NCBI GenBank assembly: GCA_034520625.1
Contig: JAXHNI010000009.1
Location: 481,494-545,493 of the forward strand
From: Gammaproteobacteria bacterium
Lineage (GTDB): Bacteria > Pseudomonadota > Gammaproteobacteria > Arenicellales > JAANXG01
Length of the DNA: 64,000 nucleotides
Reading direction: 5' to 3'
A program made the position numbers and the translations under genes. The notes beneath the pieces were generated by a model. The model was not told where the DNA came from and did no database searches. It was given only the letters and a program-made list of their open reading frames with translations. Below are positions 18,700 through 28,076 of the stretch, in pieces (positions within the stretch are counted from its first letter, which is position 1; each line of letters starts with the position of its first letter).

Positions 18700-19853
18700 T
18701 GAGACGCCATCCTTCTCTTGGCCTGCTGCAATTCGTTGAGACTCCCCGAGATGTCCGGCAGCTCCGGGCTGAGCTCGTTGCCGCTCATGCTTTCGACGTC
18801 ACTGAGAAGCTGTTGAACCCCCTGGTGCCCGGTATCGAAATATTCCCGGATCCAGCCTGCGGCCTGTTCGAGGTTCTCCCGGAACGTCGCGGTATCCTTG
18901 CGCAGTGCGGCGATTTGGGCGCCGGAGAACATCAGGCGGAGATTGTTGTACAGGAAATAGCGCTGATCCGGGGCCAGCAGGGGTTTGGCGGGCTCCTCGA
19001 TATTCTGGATGCGCACCAGCTTGCCGAGGTCCTGAAGCAGCTCGCCGCCCGCCTCGAGCCAACGGTTCGATTCACCGCCGGGCTCCGCGGAGCCGGCGCC
19101 GTCCGATTCGGCGGACCCGCCGGCGATGGGACGCTGCGTGGTCTCGTCCAGGGGCAGGCCCTCGACCTTGGCCGCCATGCCCGACAGGCGCAGGGAAAGT
19201 CCGGCCGTGTCCACGGGATCCAGACTCTTCAGCGCCGTGATGTTATCCGCCAACCGTTCCCGCACCGGGAGGAACGCGGGATTGGCGAGCTCCTCCAGGC
19301 GCCGGTCCGCCAACTCCAGGCCGGCGACGGCGGTGGACACGTCGCCGCTCAACTGCAGGCTGTGGTTGGCGATGCGCAGAAGCTGCTCCACCTCCTCGAG
19401 CGCCCAGGAGTCCAAGCTGCGGTCCAGGTCCTCGTAGACTTTCTCAATCGAATCGGACAGCGCTTCACTGCGCTCGGAAAGCGTATTCTGCTGCGAGCTC
19501 AGCTCGTCCAGTCGGGCCTGGACCTGCGTGTCGATGCGGCCACCCAGGTCCCGTTGCTGCTCGCGCAGCGCGTCGAGCTCCTTTTCCAGGGCGGTGACGT
19601 TCACATTGGCAGTGTTCACCGAATTCCTGATATCGGTGAGTGCCTCGCTCTGCGCCAGGCGCTGCTCGATCTGGACCTGGTACCAGAGATAGCCCGTCAC
19701 GCCGGCGGCGGCGATGGCGAGGACCAGCGCGATGCCGGCGAGCACTTTGCCGCCGCCGGATGCTTTGCCGGAGGCAGGGGGGTCCGTCCGGGGCTGGTCG
19801 GTGGGCCCGTCGTCCGTGCCGGTCTCGTTGGTCGAAGCGTTGTCGTCCGTCAT
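18696..19853 (-). CDS. hemX: HemX (uroporphyrinogen-III C-methyltransferase-family membrane protein)
   Basis: It has one TM helix, a coiled-coil region and hemCDXY synteny. The ATG at 19853 (MTDDNAST) is preferred over 19901. Confidence 0.8.
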   Translation of the reverse strand: MTDDNASTNETGTDDGPTDQPRTDPPASGKASGGGKVLAGIALVLAIAAAGVTGYLWYQVQIEQRLAQSEALTDIRNSVNTANVNVTALEKELDALREQQRDLGGRIDTQVQARLDELSSQQNTLSERSEALSDSIEKVYEDLDRSLDSWALEEVEQLLRIANHSLQLSGDVSTAVAGLELADRRLEELANPAFLPVRERLADNITALKSLDPVDTAGLSLRLSGMAAKVEGLPLDETTQRPIAGGSAESDGAGSAEPGGESNRWLEAGGELLQDLGKLVRIQNIEEPAKPLLAPDQRYFLYNNLRLMFSGAQIAALRKDTATFRENLEQAAGWIREYFDTGHQGVQQLLSDVESMSGNELSPELPDISGSLNELQQAKRRMASQ

Positions 19854-19905
19854 CTGGGTTTCTCGCGCGGCTCTATAGCGTATGGGCCAACTGTACCACA
19901 ATGAA

Positions 19906-20682
19906 TTACGGTGTCAGTTCGCGCCAGCCGGCGAGCGTCGCCACGATTTCCTCGTCTCCGGCGCCGGCCTCCAGCACCAATCCCTTCCACCCGTACTCCA
20001 GGGCGGCGGCCTTCTGGCGGCCGCCGATCACCACCAGCGGCCGGGCGAGCAGCCCAGGCTTGCGCCCGGCCGGGGCGAGCTCCAGCAGCCTGGCGAGGCC
20101 GGTGACGCTGGTGATGGAGATCAACAGGCTTCCTTCGGGCGCGTCGAGGGCCCGGTCGAGGATTGCAGGATCCGGCGCTGCCGGCCGCCGCCGGTAGCAT
20201 TCCACGTACGAGACCCGTGCCCCTCGGGAAACCAGCTCATGCTTGAGCGTCCCGCGGCCGCCCTCCCCGCGCACGATACAGACGCGATGTCCGGAGACAT
20301 CCTCGAGAGGCGGTGACGCGAGCAATTCCTCGCTGGTGCCCCGGCCGCTTTCGGGCGTATACACGTCCCGGCATCCCATCTGTTCCAGCTTCCGCCGCGT
20401 GGCCCGGCCGACGGCCAGGACGTGACGCGCGGGTCCGTCCAGATCGTGCAGAAGCGGATAACCGCAGGCCGCCGCGTTCGCGCTGACGAAGATGACCGTG
20501 TCCGATTCCCGGAGCCTTTGAATCGCCACGTTGTCCGGCGCGACGGGTTCGATCACCAGGGTCGGGAACGGGACCGGCTCGCCGCCCGCGGCGCGCACCA
20601 GATTCATCAGCGTGGTGGCCTGGGCAGCCGGTCGCGTGACCAGCACGCGGACGCCGGAAAGCGGGGAATCAGCCGTGGGCAT
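19906..20682 (-). CDS. hemD: uroporphyrinogen-III synthase
   Basis: It has the HemD-like N-terminus GVRVLVTRPAAQA and overlaps the hemC stop by 14 nt. Confidence 0.88.
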   Translation of the reverse strand: MPTADSPLSGVRVLVTRPAAQATTLMNLVRAAGGEPVPFPTLVIEPVAPDNVAIQRLRESDTVIFVSANAAACGYPLLHDLDGPARHVLAVGRATRRKLEQMGCRDVYTPESGRGTSEELLASPPLEDVSGHRVCIVRGEGGRGTLKHELVSRGARVSYVECYRRRPAAPDPAILDRALDAPEGSLLISITSVTGLARLLELAPAGRKPGLLARPLVVIGGRQKAAALEYGWKGLVLEAGAGDEEIVATLAGWRELTP

Positions 20683-21598
20683 AAACCGCGTCGAGAATCT
20701 GCCTGGCGCCCTGGTCGATCAGGGACTGTCCCACGCGCCCGCCGAGCTCGTCCGCCCGCTCCGGCGCATCGATGTCCTCGGCGGTCAGCAGGGTCCGCCC
20801 GTCCGGTGTGCCGACCAGAGCGCGAAGCCGCAAACGGTCCGGGGACAGGGCATCGGCGTAGGCTGCAATGGGAACCTGGCAGCCGCCGTCGAGGGCGGCG
20901 TTCACCCGCCGCTCGGCGACCACCGCGGTCTCGCTTTGCGCGTCGTTGAGGCAGCGTATCAGGTCCAGGGTGTCACCGTCGCCGCGGCGGCACTCGATGC
21001 CCATGACCCCCTGGCCCACAGCCGGCAAAAGCCGCGATGGGTCGATGCGCTGCCGGATCCGGCTCTGCATCTCGAGCCGGAGCAGGCCGGCGACGGCGAG
21101 CAGGATGGCGTCGAATTCCCCGCGATCCAGCTTCGCCAGGCGCGTGTTGACGTTGCCGCGCAGGGTGATGACTTCCAGGTGCGGGTAGCGGTGCTTGACC
21201 TGGGTCTGGCGCCGGAGGCTCGACGTCCCGACGACGGCGCCGGCGGGCATGTCGTCGAGGGAGGCGTAGCGATTGGAGACGAAGGCATCGCGGGGATCCT
21301 CCCGCGGGCACAGCACTGGAATGTGCAGGCCGTCCGGCAGCGTTACGGTGACGTCCTTCATGGAGTGCACGGCGATGTCCGCTTCGTCCTCCAGCAGGCC
21401 GTGCTCCAGCTCCTTCAGGAACAGTCCCTTGCCGCCGGCGGTCGCCAGGGGGCGATCCTGGATTCGGTCGCCGGAGGTGGTCATTTCCACCAGCCTGGTT
21501 TCCAGTCCCGGGTTGTGCCGCGCGAGACCCGCGGCCACCCATTTAGCCTGCCACAGGGCGAGCGGGCTCCGGCGCGTGGCGATCCTCAGCAGCCTCAT
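20669..21598 (-). CDS. hemC: hydroxymethylbilane synthase (porphobilinogen deaminase)
   Basis: It has RIATRRSPLALWQA, TSGD and GGKGLFLKELE. Confidence 0.93.
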   Translation of the reverse strand: MRLLRIATRRSPLALWQAKWVAAGLARHNPGLETRLVEMTTSGDRIQDRPLATAGGKGLFLKELEHGLLEDEADIAVHSMKDVTVTLPDGLHIPVLCPREDPRDAFVSNRYASLDDMPAGAVVGTSSLRRQTQVKHRYPHLEVITLRGNVNTRLAKLDRGEFDAILLAVAGLLRLEMQSRIRQRIDPSRLLPAVGQGVMGIECRRGDGDTLDLIRCLNDAQSETAVVAERRVNAALDGGCQVPIAAYADALSPDRLRLRALVGTPDGRTLLTAEDIDAPERADELGGRVGQSLIDQGARQILDAVYAHG

Positions 21599-21649
21599 GC
21601 GGCGGGGGATGCGATCGTGGCGGGTACCATCAGCGGTAGAGCGGACATC

Positions 21650-22381
21650 TCAACGCCGCGTCCAGCGGCGCACCGACGGGGTGTGGCGGCGGCTGACATC
21701 GAGCTTCTCGTCAATGCCCCTGAGCACCACCCGCCAGCGCCCCGACGGCTGTTTCTCGATGCCCCGGATATAGTCCACCGCCACCAGGGCGTTGCGGTGG
21801 ATGCGCAGGAAATGATCCTTGAACTCTTCCTCCAGGCTCACCAGTGAGTCCTCGATCAGGTGCTGCTCGCTGGCCGTTCGCACCGTGACGTACTTGTTGT
21901 CCGCCATGAAGTAAATGATGTCCGGAACGGGTATCAGCGTGATCTGACCGCGCATGTGCACGCTGATATGGGACCGGGCCGACGGCGTATCCTGAGCCTG
22001 GTTCAACTGCTGCAGCTGCTTTCGTGAAATGCGCTTGGCTTTCTGCAGAGCGGCGTTCAATCTGTCTCTGCGTATCGGCTTGAGCAGGTAGTCGATGGCG
22101 TTGACCTCGAATGCCTCCAGCGCGTGCTGGTCGTAGGCCGTGGTGAAGATTACGGACGGCGGGGCTTCCAGGGACTGGAGGTGCATTGCGGCCTCCAGGC
22201 CGTCCATGACGGGCATTCGTATATCCATCAGTACGCAGTCGGGCTTCAGCCCCATGGAGCTCTCGATCGCCTCGTTGCCGTTGGAGGCTTCACCGACGAT
22301 GGAATGTTCGCCGGAGGCCTCGATCAACTCGCGCATCCTTGCCCGAGCCAGTTTTTCGTCGTCAACCACTAGTATGCGCAT
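21650..22381 (-). CDS. algR: LytTR-family two-component response regulator (AlgR-like)
   Basis: It has a receiver domain (VVDDE...MDIRMP) and a C-terminal LytTR domain. It lies immediately upstream of hemC, as algR does in Pseudomonas. Confidence 0.85.
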   Translation of the reverse strand: MRILVVDDEKLARARMRELIEASGEHSIVGEASNGNEAIESSMGLKPDCVLMDIRMPVMDGLEAAMHLQSLEAPPSVIFTTAYDQHALEAFEVNAIDYLLKPIRRDRLNAALQKAKRISRKQLQQLNQAQDTPSARSHISVHMRGQITLIPVPDIIYFMADNKYVTVRTASEQHLIEDSLVSLEEEFKDHFLRIHRNALVAVDYIRGIEKQPSGRWRVVLRGIDEKLDVSRRHTPSVRRWTRR

Positions 22382-23507
22382 CTCGCTCGTTCTCTCCGAA
22401 AGCAGGGTGGGAAATTCTAATGGAAATGCGACCGCCGCCGGTCTCCACCTTCATGTCGGCCCGGTCGCCGTAATGATCGCTTAATCTCAGACGTATGTTG
22501 TCCAGACCCGCCGTGTCCAACGAGCCGGCGGAATCGTCATCCGGGAAAGGCGCGGTGACCTCGATCACCAGCTCCGACCGGTCATTGAATCGCACCGTAA
22601 CCTTGACCTCGCCGACGTCCTCCATCTGTTCCACGACGTTGTGGACGACGTGCTCCAGGAGCAGCTGCAGGGTCAGGGCGGGTGTCCGGGCCGTTCGCGG
22701 CAGGCCCTGAGTCTTCCAGCCGACCTTCAACCTGCGATCGAGCCGCAGGCGCTCCAGCTTCAGGTATTTTCTGGCAATGCTGATCTCGTTGTGCACGGGA
22801 GACAGGTCGTCGTCGTCATCCACCATGACGCGGAAAAGGTCCGACATGTCCTCGATGGCGGCTTCCGCCTTAGCCGGCGCCCGGCGTGTCAGGCTGGCGA
22901 TGATGTTCATGCTGTTGAACAGGAAGTGGGGCCGGATCTTCTGGCGCAGGATCTCGGCGCGCGCCCGCTCGACCTTCCGCGTTTCCGACTGCAATTGGTG
23001 CCGTGCCATCAGGTACCTGAGAACGAGCACATTCACGATTGCGCTGACAGTCAGGTTCTGAACATGGAAATACGCATACCAGTTCGGACGAACGGAGCTG
23101 ATGATCTCGAACCGGGACAGCAGCCACAGAGCGCATTCCCCCACCAGCCAGGTGACGCACAGCAGCAGCAGGTACGCCATGATCAGTGCACGGCGCTCCG
23201 ACAGGCTGTTCAGGAACGGCCCGGCGACGCACAGGACGCTTATGCTGGCCAGTGCAATCCACTGGACGAACAGCGATACCAGGAACAGATCCAGGAACAC
23301 GCGCTGGGTCAGCGGCGGAATGATGACGGTGATGGCCACCGCCAGGAACTGGGCCACGAGGATGACGTTCAGAACGATCGGGCCGCTGCAGAAATTCGGC
23401 AGAAAGCCCGTATCGCCGCCCGCATCAACGACACGTGCGGCGTCCGTGGACCGGCGTCCGGACCGGGCGGTCCAGAACAGTGCTCGTTTGGTCACCGGCT
23501 CGGCCAC
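22362..23507 (-). CDS. AlgZ/FimS (LytS)-type sensor histidine kinase paralogue 1, degenerate N-box
   Basis: It has multiple TM helices and the H-box RPHFLFNSMN. The N-box region reads LLLEHVVHNVV, with no ENA asparagine. It overlaps algR by 20 nt. Confidence 0.8.
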   Translation of the reverse strand: MAEPVTKRALFWTARSGRRSTDAARVVDAGGDTGFLPNFCSGPIVLNVILVAQFLAVAITVIIPPLTQRVFLDLFLVSLFVQWIALASISVLCVAGPFLNSLSERRALIMAYLLLLCVTWLVGECALWLLSRFEIISSVRPNWYAYFHVQNLTVSAIVNVLVLRYLMARHQLQSETRKVERARAEILRQKIRPHFLFNSMNIIASLTRRAPAKAEAAIEDMSDLFRVMVDDDDDLSPVHNEISIARKYLKLERLRLDRRLKVGWKTQGLPRTARTPALTLQLLLEHVVHNVVEQMEDVGEVKVTVRFNDRSELVIEVTAPFPDDDSAGSLDTAGLDNIRLRLSDHYGDRADMKVETGGGRISIRISHPAFGENERDAHTSG

Positions 23508-23511
23508 CGCG

Positions 23512-24582
23512 TCAACCCCTTATCACCGGCATGGTGATCATCACATGGTAGCTGCCCAGTTTCTCATAGTTCTGGAGATCGGCCTTGCCATGGAAATGGC
23601 TGTTCAGGCGTTCCCGTACATTGGCCATTGCGATCCGGTTGCCCTTCCGGTGCTGGGCCTGGTTGGTGATCTCCGGGATGGGGTTGGTGATGAGAATCGT
23701 CAACTTGTCGTTCTCCGACCACATCCGGATGTCCACGATGCCGCCCGAGAAGCTCGGTTCCACGCCGTGGTAGACGGCGTTCTCGATCAGCGGCTGCAGC
23801 GTCAGCGAGGGAATCAGGGCGTTCCGCGGGACGTTGGAGGCGCTCCACTTGACCTGGAGTCGATCACCAAGCCTGAGCTTCTCGATATCCAGGTACTGCC
23901 GGGCGAGCTCGCCCTCCGCCGTAATGGGCACCATCCTCCGGGCGTCCGCCAGCAGGACCCGGAACACATCCGCGAGATCCTGGAGGGCTCGCTCGGCCAG
24001 CTCCGGGTCAGACCTGATCAGGCTCGCGACGCTGTTCATGCTGTTGAACAGAAAATGCGGGCGGATTCGCGACTGCAGGGCCTGAAGCCGGTCCTGCTGC
24101 TGCATCTCGCTCTGCTGCTGGGCGCGGTGATAGACGAACGCGTAGCGCAGGGCCAGTGCGCTGATGATGGCGCCGACCACCATGACGCGGGTCACCATGG
24201 TCCAGTGCCATTCCGGCCAGCGCTCCGAGGATACGTTGAGATGATACATGGCGAAGATGATGCCCTCGACCACGGCATACGTTACCACCAGCAGCAGCAG
24301 GAAAACGAATATCCCGCCGCTGACGGGACCCAGATTGTGGATCGGCCGCGAAACCAGTTTGAGCGCGACGATGCTGCCGATCGCCACGAGCTGGGCGAAG
24401 GTGGTCATCAGAACCAGGTCGTTCCATGCCGCCTGGTCGAAGCTGTCGTTTCGCGCTACGGTGAGTACAATCGCCAGGCACTGGGCGACCAGGAGGATGC
24501 GGAACCCGAGGTAGGCGCTGCCGAAATCCGGCAGAAAGGCTCCTGTTGGCGTTTCACTGTTGGATTGCATGGTTCCTTGCAT
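23512..24582 (-). CDS. AlgZ/FimS (LytS)-type sensor histidine kinase paralogue 2, canonical N-box
   Basis: It has the H-box RPHFLFNSMN, the N-box LIENAVYHG and GNRIAMANVRERL. The start is ATG 24582 or 24570. The 469-aa track ORF (to 24921) runs through an intrinsic terminator and is rejected. Confidence 0.82.
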   Translation of the reverse strand: MQGTMQSNSETPTGAFLPDFGSAYLGFRILLVAQCLAIVLTVARNDSFDQAAWNDLVLMTTFAQLVAIGSIVALKLVSRPIHNLGPVSGGIFVFLLLLVVTYAVVEGIIFAMYHLNVSSERWPEWHWTMVTRVMVVGAIISALALRYAFVYHRAQQQSEMQQQDRLQALQSRIRPHFLFNSMNSVASLIRSDPELAERALQDLADVFRVLLADARRMVPITAEGELARQYLDIEKLRLGDRLQVKWSASNVPRNALIPSLTLQPLIENAVYHGVEPSFSGGIVDIRMWSENDKLTILITNPIPEITNQAQHRKGNRIAMANVRERLNSHFHGKADLQNYEKLGSYHVMITMPVIRG

Positions 24583-24728
24583 ACGGGCACAACCGCGCCG
24601 GCTATGGCGTTCCGGGGATCTATTATAATGTCTCTGCGAAGGGACGCCGCTGCACGGATCGAATGCGTCAGCGGATTTCCCGCCGGACATATTACTACGG
24701 GTTGCGGCGGACCCGGGCGGGCGGCAAT

Positions 24729-24759
24729 AAAAAAACCCCCCATAGAAAACTATGGGGGG
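24729..24759 (-). terminator. orphan intrinsic terminator (minus strand)
   Basis: The minus strand reads CCCCCCATAG-tttt-CTATGGGGGG followed by TTTTTTT, a 10-bp stem. No annotated minus-strand gene ends here. Confidence 0.75.
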
Positions 24760-24977
24760 TCTAGATAACCCGGTTCGGATACTCGGTGGGGGTGTCTGAG
24801 GAAGGTTCCGAACCCGGTATTTCCGTACCTGTTGCGATAACAGGTGACAGTGAGTACATCGTAGTGGGCCGCATCGGGCCGCGCAATGCAATAGCGATGG
24901 GCGGATGGCGGCATCAGACAAACGGGATTACCGCCAACGGGTTTGATTTTTCCCCACCGTTATTCCCACATTCCCAA
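24729..24977 (-). ncRNA. candidate small RNA (family not recognised; 5' end undetermined)
   Basis: The 435-bp non-coding gap has no credible ORF. Long-range pairing joins CGGTGGGG (24784-24791) and CCCCACCG (24952-24959). Local hairpins include ACCTGTT-atcgc-AACAGGT and CCGGGTTCGGA...TCCGAACCGGG. The latter loop exposes ACCUUCCUCA (anti-SD). The region ends in the terminator above. Confidence 0.35.
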
Positions 24978-25017
24978 TCCGTTATTTATACTCGCTCCAA
25001 AGCCGGACGACAGCCGA

Positions 25018-26400
25018 ATGAGCAACGACAAGCCCTGGGGGGGTCGATTCACGGAAGCGACCCACAAGCTGGTGGAGGAATTCACCGAATCCGTCAGTTT
25101 CGACCATGCCCTGTATCGTCACGATATTCAAGGCTCGGTGGCGCACGCCCGGATGCTCTGCAAGGTAGGGGTTCTCGCCCCCGAAGAGCGGGACGCCATC
25201 ATCGAAGGCCTGGGGGCGATTGAACAGGACATAGAGCAGGACCGGTTCAGATGGTCTACGAGGCTCGAGGACGTTCACATGAACATCGAAGCCGAGCTCA
25301 CCGAGCGCATCGGCGACGTGGGGAAGAAGCTGCATACGGCGCGGTCACGCAACGACCAGATCGCCACGGACCTGCGCCTGTACCTGCGGGAGGCAGTGGA
25401 CCGGGTACTGGAGCAGCTCGTGGCGCTGCGGCGGGCGATGCTCGATCTCGCCGAGGCGGAAGCGGACACCGTCATGCCGGGGTTCACCCACCTGCAGGTG
25501 GCCCAGCCGGTTACCCTGGGGCACCACGTGCTGGCCTGGGTGTCCATGCTGGAGCGCGACAGCCAGCGGTTCCGCGAGGCGCGCGCGCGCATCAATATCC
25601 TGCCCCTGGGCTCGGCGGCGCTGGCGGGTACCACCTTCCCCATCGACCGGCAGTACACCGCCGAGCTGCTGGGGTTCGACGCCGTGGCGGGCAACTCCCT
25701 GGACGCGGTCTCGGACCGGGACTTCGCGATCGAGTGCTGCGCCCATGCCTCCTTGTTGATGGTTCACCTGTCGCGCATGGCCGAGGAGTTGATCCTGTGG
25801 CAGTCGGAAGCCTACAGATTCATAGACATCGGTGACGCCTTCTGCACCGGGTCGAGCATCATGCCCCAGAAGAAGAACCCGGACGTCGCGGAGCTGCTGC
25901 GCGGTAAGACCGGCCGGTCCATGGGAAACCTGGTGGCTCTGCTGACGCTCATGAAAGGCCAGCCGCTGGCCTACAACCGGGACAACCAGGAAGACAAGCA
26001 GCCGCTGTTCGACAGCATCGCCACGATTCAGTCGTGTCTGGGGGTGCTGGCCGCCATGGTGCCGACCATCGCGGTCAACCGGGCGCGCATGCGCGAGGCC
26101 GCCAGCCGGGGCTTCGCCACCGCCACCGATCTCGCCGACTACCTGGTGCGAAAGGGTGTGCCCTTCCGGGACGCCCATGAGGTGGTGGGCCGGGCGGTTC
26201 GCGAGTGCATCGCCGAGGACATCGCGCTGCCGGATCTGGCGCTGGAGCGCCTGCGAGGTTTCCACCCGGCCATCGAAGCGGACGTTTTCGAGGTCCTGGG
26301 CCTGGACGGGTCCGTCAACGCCCGCGATCACTTCGGCGGCACGGCGCCGGCGCAGGTCCGGGCGGCCGTGGCACGCCATCGGGCGGCGCTGGATTCGTGA
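25018..26400 (+). CDS. argH: argininosuccinate lyase
   Basis: It has the signature [12 protein letters not shown] and the N-terminus [11 protein letters not shown]. The product is 460 aa. The track ORF starts at 24943. Confidence 0.93.
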   Translation: MSNDKPWGGRFTEATHKLVEEFTESVSFDHALYRHDIQGSVAHARMLCKVGVLAPEERDAIIEGLGAIEQDIEQDRFRWSTRLEDVHMNIEAELTERIGDVGKKLHTARSRNDQIATDLRLYLREAVDRVLEQLVALRRAMLDLAEAEADTVMPGFTHLQVAQPVTLGHHVLAWVSMLERDSQRFREARARINILPLGSAALAGTTFPIDRQYTAELLGFDAVAGNSLDAVSDRDFAIECCAHASLLMVHLSRMAEELILWQSEAYRFIDIGDAFCTGSSIMPQKKNPDVAELLRGKTGRSMGNLVALLTLMKGQPLAYNRDNQEDKQPLFDSIATIQSCLGVLAAMVPTIAVNRARMREAASRGFATATDLADYLVRKGVPFRDAHEVVGRAVRECIAEDIALPDLALERLRGFHPAIEADVFEVLGLDGSVNARDHFGGTAPAQVRAAVARHRAALDS

Positions 26401-26482
26401 AGTTCGCCGCCCCGGGTGTTATTCGGCGGCCCGCCGCATTAGAATCGTGAGCCAGTCGAGAACATAAACAGAGGAACCTGAC

Positions 26483-26668
26483 ATGCCCTCGCGACGTTTC
26501 AACCGTTCGATCGTGCTCGCCGCGTCCCTGTGTGTGGGCGCCGTTTCGCTCATCGCGGGCTGTGGTCAGAAGGGTCCGCTTTACATGCCGGTCGAGGAGG
26601 GCGAGCCGAGACAGGAGCAACGGACCCCGGAAACCGACAAGGCTGCGTCCCCGACCGGCGATACCTGA
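26483..26668 (+). CDS. lptM: small lipoprotein LptM (YifL family)
   Basis: It has the lipobox IAGC followed by GQKGPLYMP, the YifL/LptM signature. It sits upstream of lysA. Confidence 0.8.
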   Translation: MPSRRFNRSIVLAASLCVGAVSLIAGCGQKGPLYMPVEEGEPRQEQRTPETDKAASPTGDT

Positions 26669-26727
26669 CGGCGCCCCCGGTGATGTGTCGGCGGCGGACA
26701 CCGGCCGGTGCCCGCCCCGGTGTACCC

Positions 26728-27984
26728 ATGCCCCCCTTTGCATACCGAGACGGCGAATTGTGCGCCGAGCAGGTGCCGCTCAGCCGCGTGGCCGAGTCGG
26801 TCGGCACGCCCTGCTACGTCTATTCGCGGCGGTGCATCGACACCAACTGGCGGGCTTATGACGATGCGTTCGGCGGCCACCCTCACCGGATCTGCTACTC
26901 GGTCAAGGCGAATGGCACCCTGGCTGTGCTGAATATTCTCGCCCGCCTGGGTTCCGCTTTCGATATCGTGTCCGGCGGGGAGCTGGAACGCGTGAAACGC
27001 GCCGGCGGGGACCCGTCGAACGTGGTGTTCTCCGGCGTCGGCAAGTCGCAACTGGAAATCGACACCGCGTTGACCGCGGACATCGGCTGTATCGACGTCG
27101 AGTCCGTCGGGGAGATAGACCGGGTTTCCGAGGCAGCGGTGCGGCTGCGGCGCACCGCGCCGCTGGCGGTGCGTGTGAACCCCGACGTCGACCCCAAGAC
27201 CCATCCCTACATTGCCACCGGCCTGCGGACCGCCAAGTTCGGCATCGACATCGACAGCGCCCTGGAGACCTACCGCTACGCGGCGGCCAGGCCCGGGATA
27301 GACGTATGCGGCGTTGCCTGTCACATCGGCTCCCAGCTGATGGATGCCGCGCCGCTGCTGGAGGCGTTCCACAGGCTGCTCGATCTGACGGAGGCTCTGC
27401 GCGCCGAAGGCATCTTGATCCGCCATATCGACGCCGGCGGCGGCCTGGGCATCGGCTACGGGACCGGTGTGGTCCCGGACCGGGCCGCGTGGATCGAGGC
27501 CATGGTCGACGCCGTTCGCCGGCGTCGGCTGGATCTCGAGATACTGATCGAGCCCGGACGTTCCATCGTCGGGGAGGCGGGCGTGCTGCTGACCCGCGTC
27601 GAATACCTCAAGTCGAACGCCGACAGGCATTTCGCCGTGGTAGATGCCGGCATGAATGATCTGCTCCGCCCGGCGCTGTACCAGGCCCGGCACGACATAA
27701 TGACGGTCAGGCAATCCGACCGGGAGGGTGATGTCTTTGATGTTGTGGGGCCGGTCTGCGAGAGCGCCGACGTCCTCGGCACCGGCCGGCGGCTGGCGCT
27801 GGCGCCCGGAGACCTGATCGCGGTGGCCGACGCCGGTGCCTACGGGTCGGTCATGGCGTCCAACTACAACGCCCGTCCGCGCCCGGCGGAAGTGATGGTC
27901 GACGGCGGCGCTTTTCACGTCGTCCGGCGTCGCGAGACCATCGACGACATGCTCGCCATGGAATCCCTGATTGATAGTAATTAG
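26728..27984 (+). CDS. lysA: diaminopimelate decarboxylase
   Basis: It has YSVKANG (PLP lysine), EPGRSIVG and CESAD. The ATG at 26728 gives 418 aa. The track ORF starts at 26530. Confidence 0.92.
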   Translation: MPPFAYRDGELCAEQVPLSRVAESVGTPCYVYSRRCIDTNWRAYDDAFGGHPHRICYSVKANGTLAVLNILARLGSAFDIVSGGELERVKRAGGDPSNVVFSGVGKSQLEIDTALTADIGCIDVESVGEIDRVSEAAVRLRRTAPLAVRVNPDVDPKTHPYIATGLRTAKFGIDIDSALETYRYAAARPGIDVCGVACHIGSQLMDAAPLLEAFHRLLDLTEALRAEGILIRHIDAGGGLGIGYGTGVVPDRAAWIEAMVDAVRRRRLDLEILIEPGRSIVGEAGVLLTRVEYLKSNADRHFAVVDAGMNDLLRPALYQARHDIMTVRQSDREGDVFDVVGPVCESADVLGTGRRLALAPGDLIAVADAGAYGSVMASNYNARPRPAEVMVDGGAFHVVRRRETIDDMLAMESLIDSN

Positions 27985-28010
27985 CTATTGAAAAGATAGT
28001 TATAATATAT
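27974..28010. promoter_or_regulatory. candidate OxyR operator upstream of the Prx-Grx gene
   Basis: The sequence is ATAG-taattag-CTAT-tgaaaag-ATAG-ttataat-ATAT. It fits the OxyR motif ATAG-N7-CTAT-N7-ATAG-N7-CTAT at 15 of 16 core positions. It overlaps the lysA stop and ends 67 nt upstream of the Prx-Grx ATG. oxyR lies 2 kb away. Confidence 0.55.
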
Positions 28011-28076
28011 TGGATTAATTAAAGGTGGTCCCTTAGTCTCTGCAGGTACCAATTCATTCATCCCGAGAGGAAAATC

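Noticed and set aside
24583-24921. N-terminal extension of the kinase ORF (track 23512..24921), and a 54-codon minus-strand ORF ([14 protein letters not shown]...) in the same region.
   Set aside because: The extension reads through a 10-bp-stem/U7 intrinsic terminator and has no kinase-like sequence. The paralogue alignment starts at about 24582. The 54-codon ORF has no SD, an unprotein-like composition and a stop codon inside the terminator stem.
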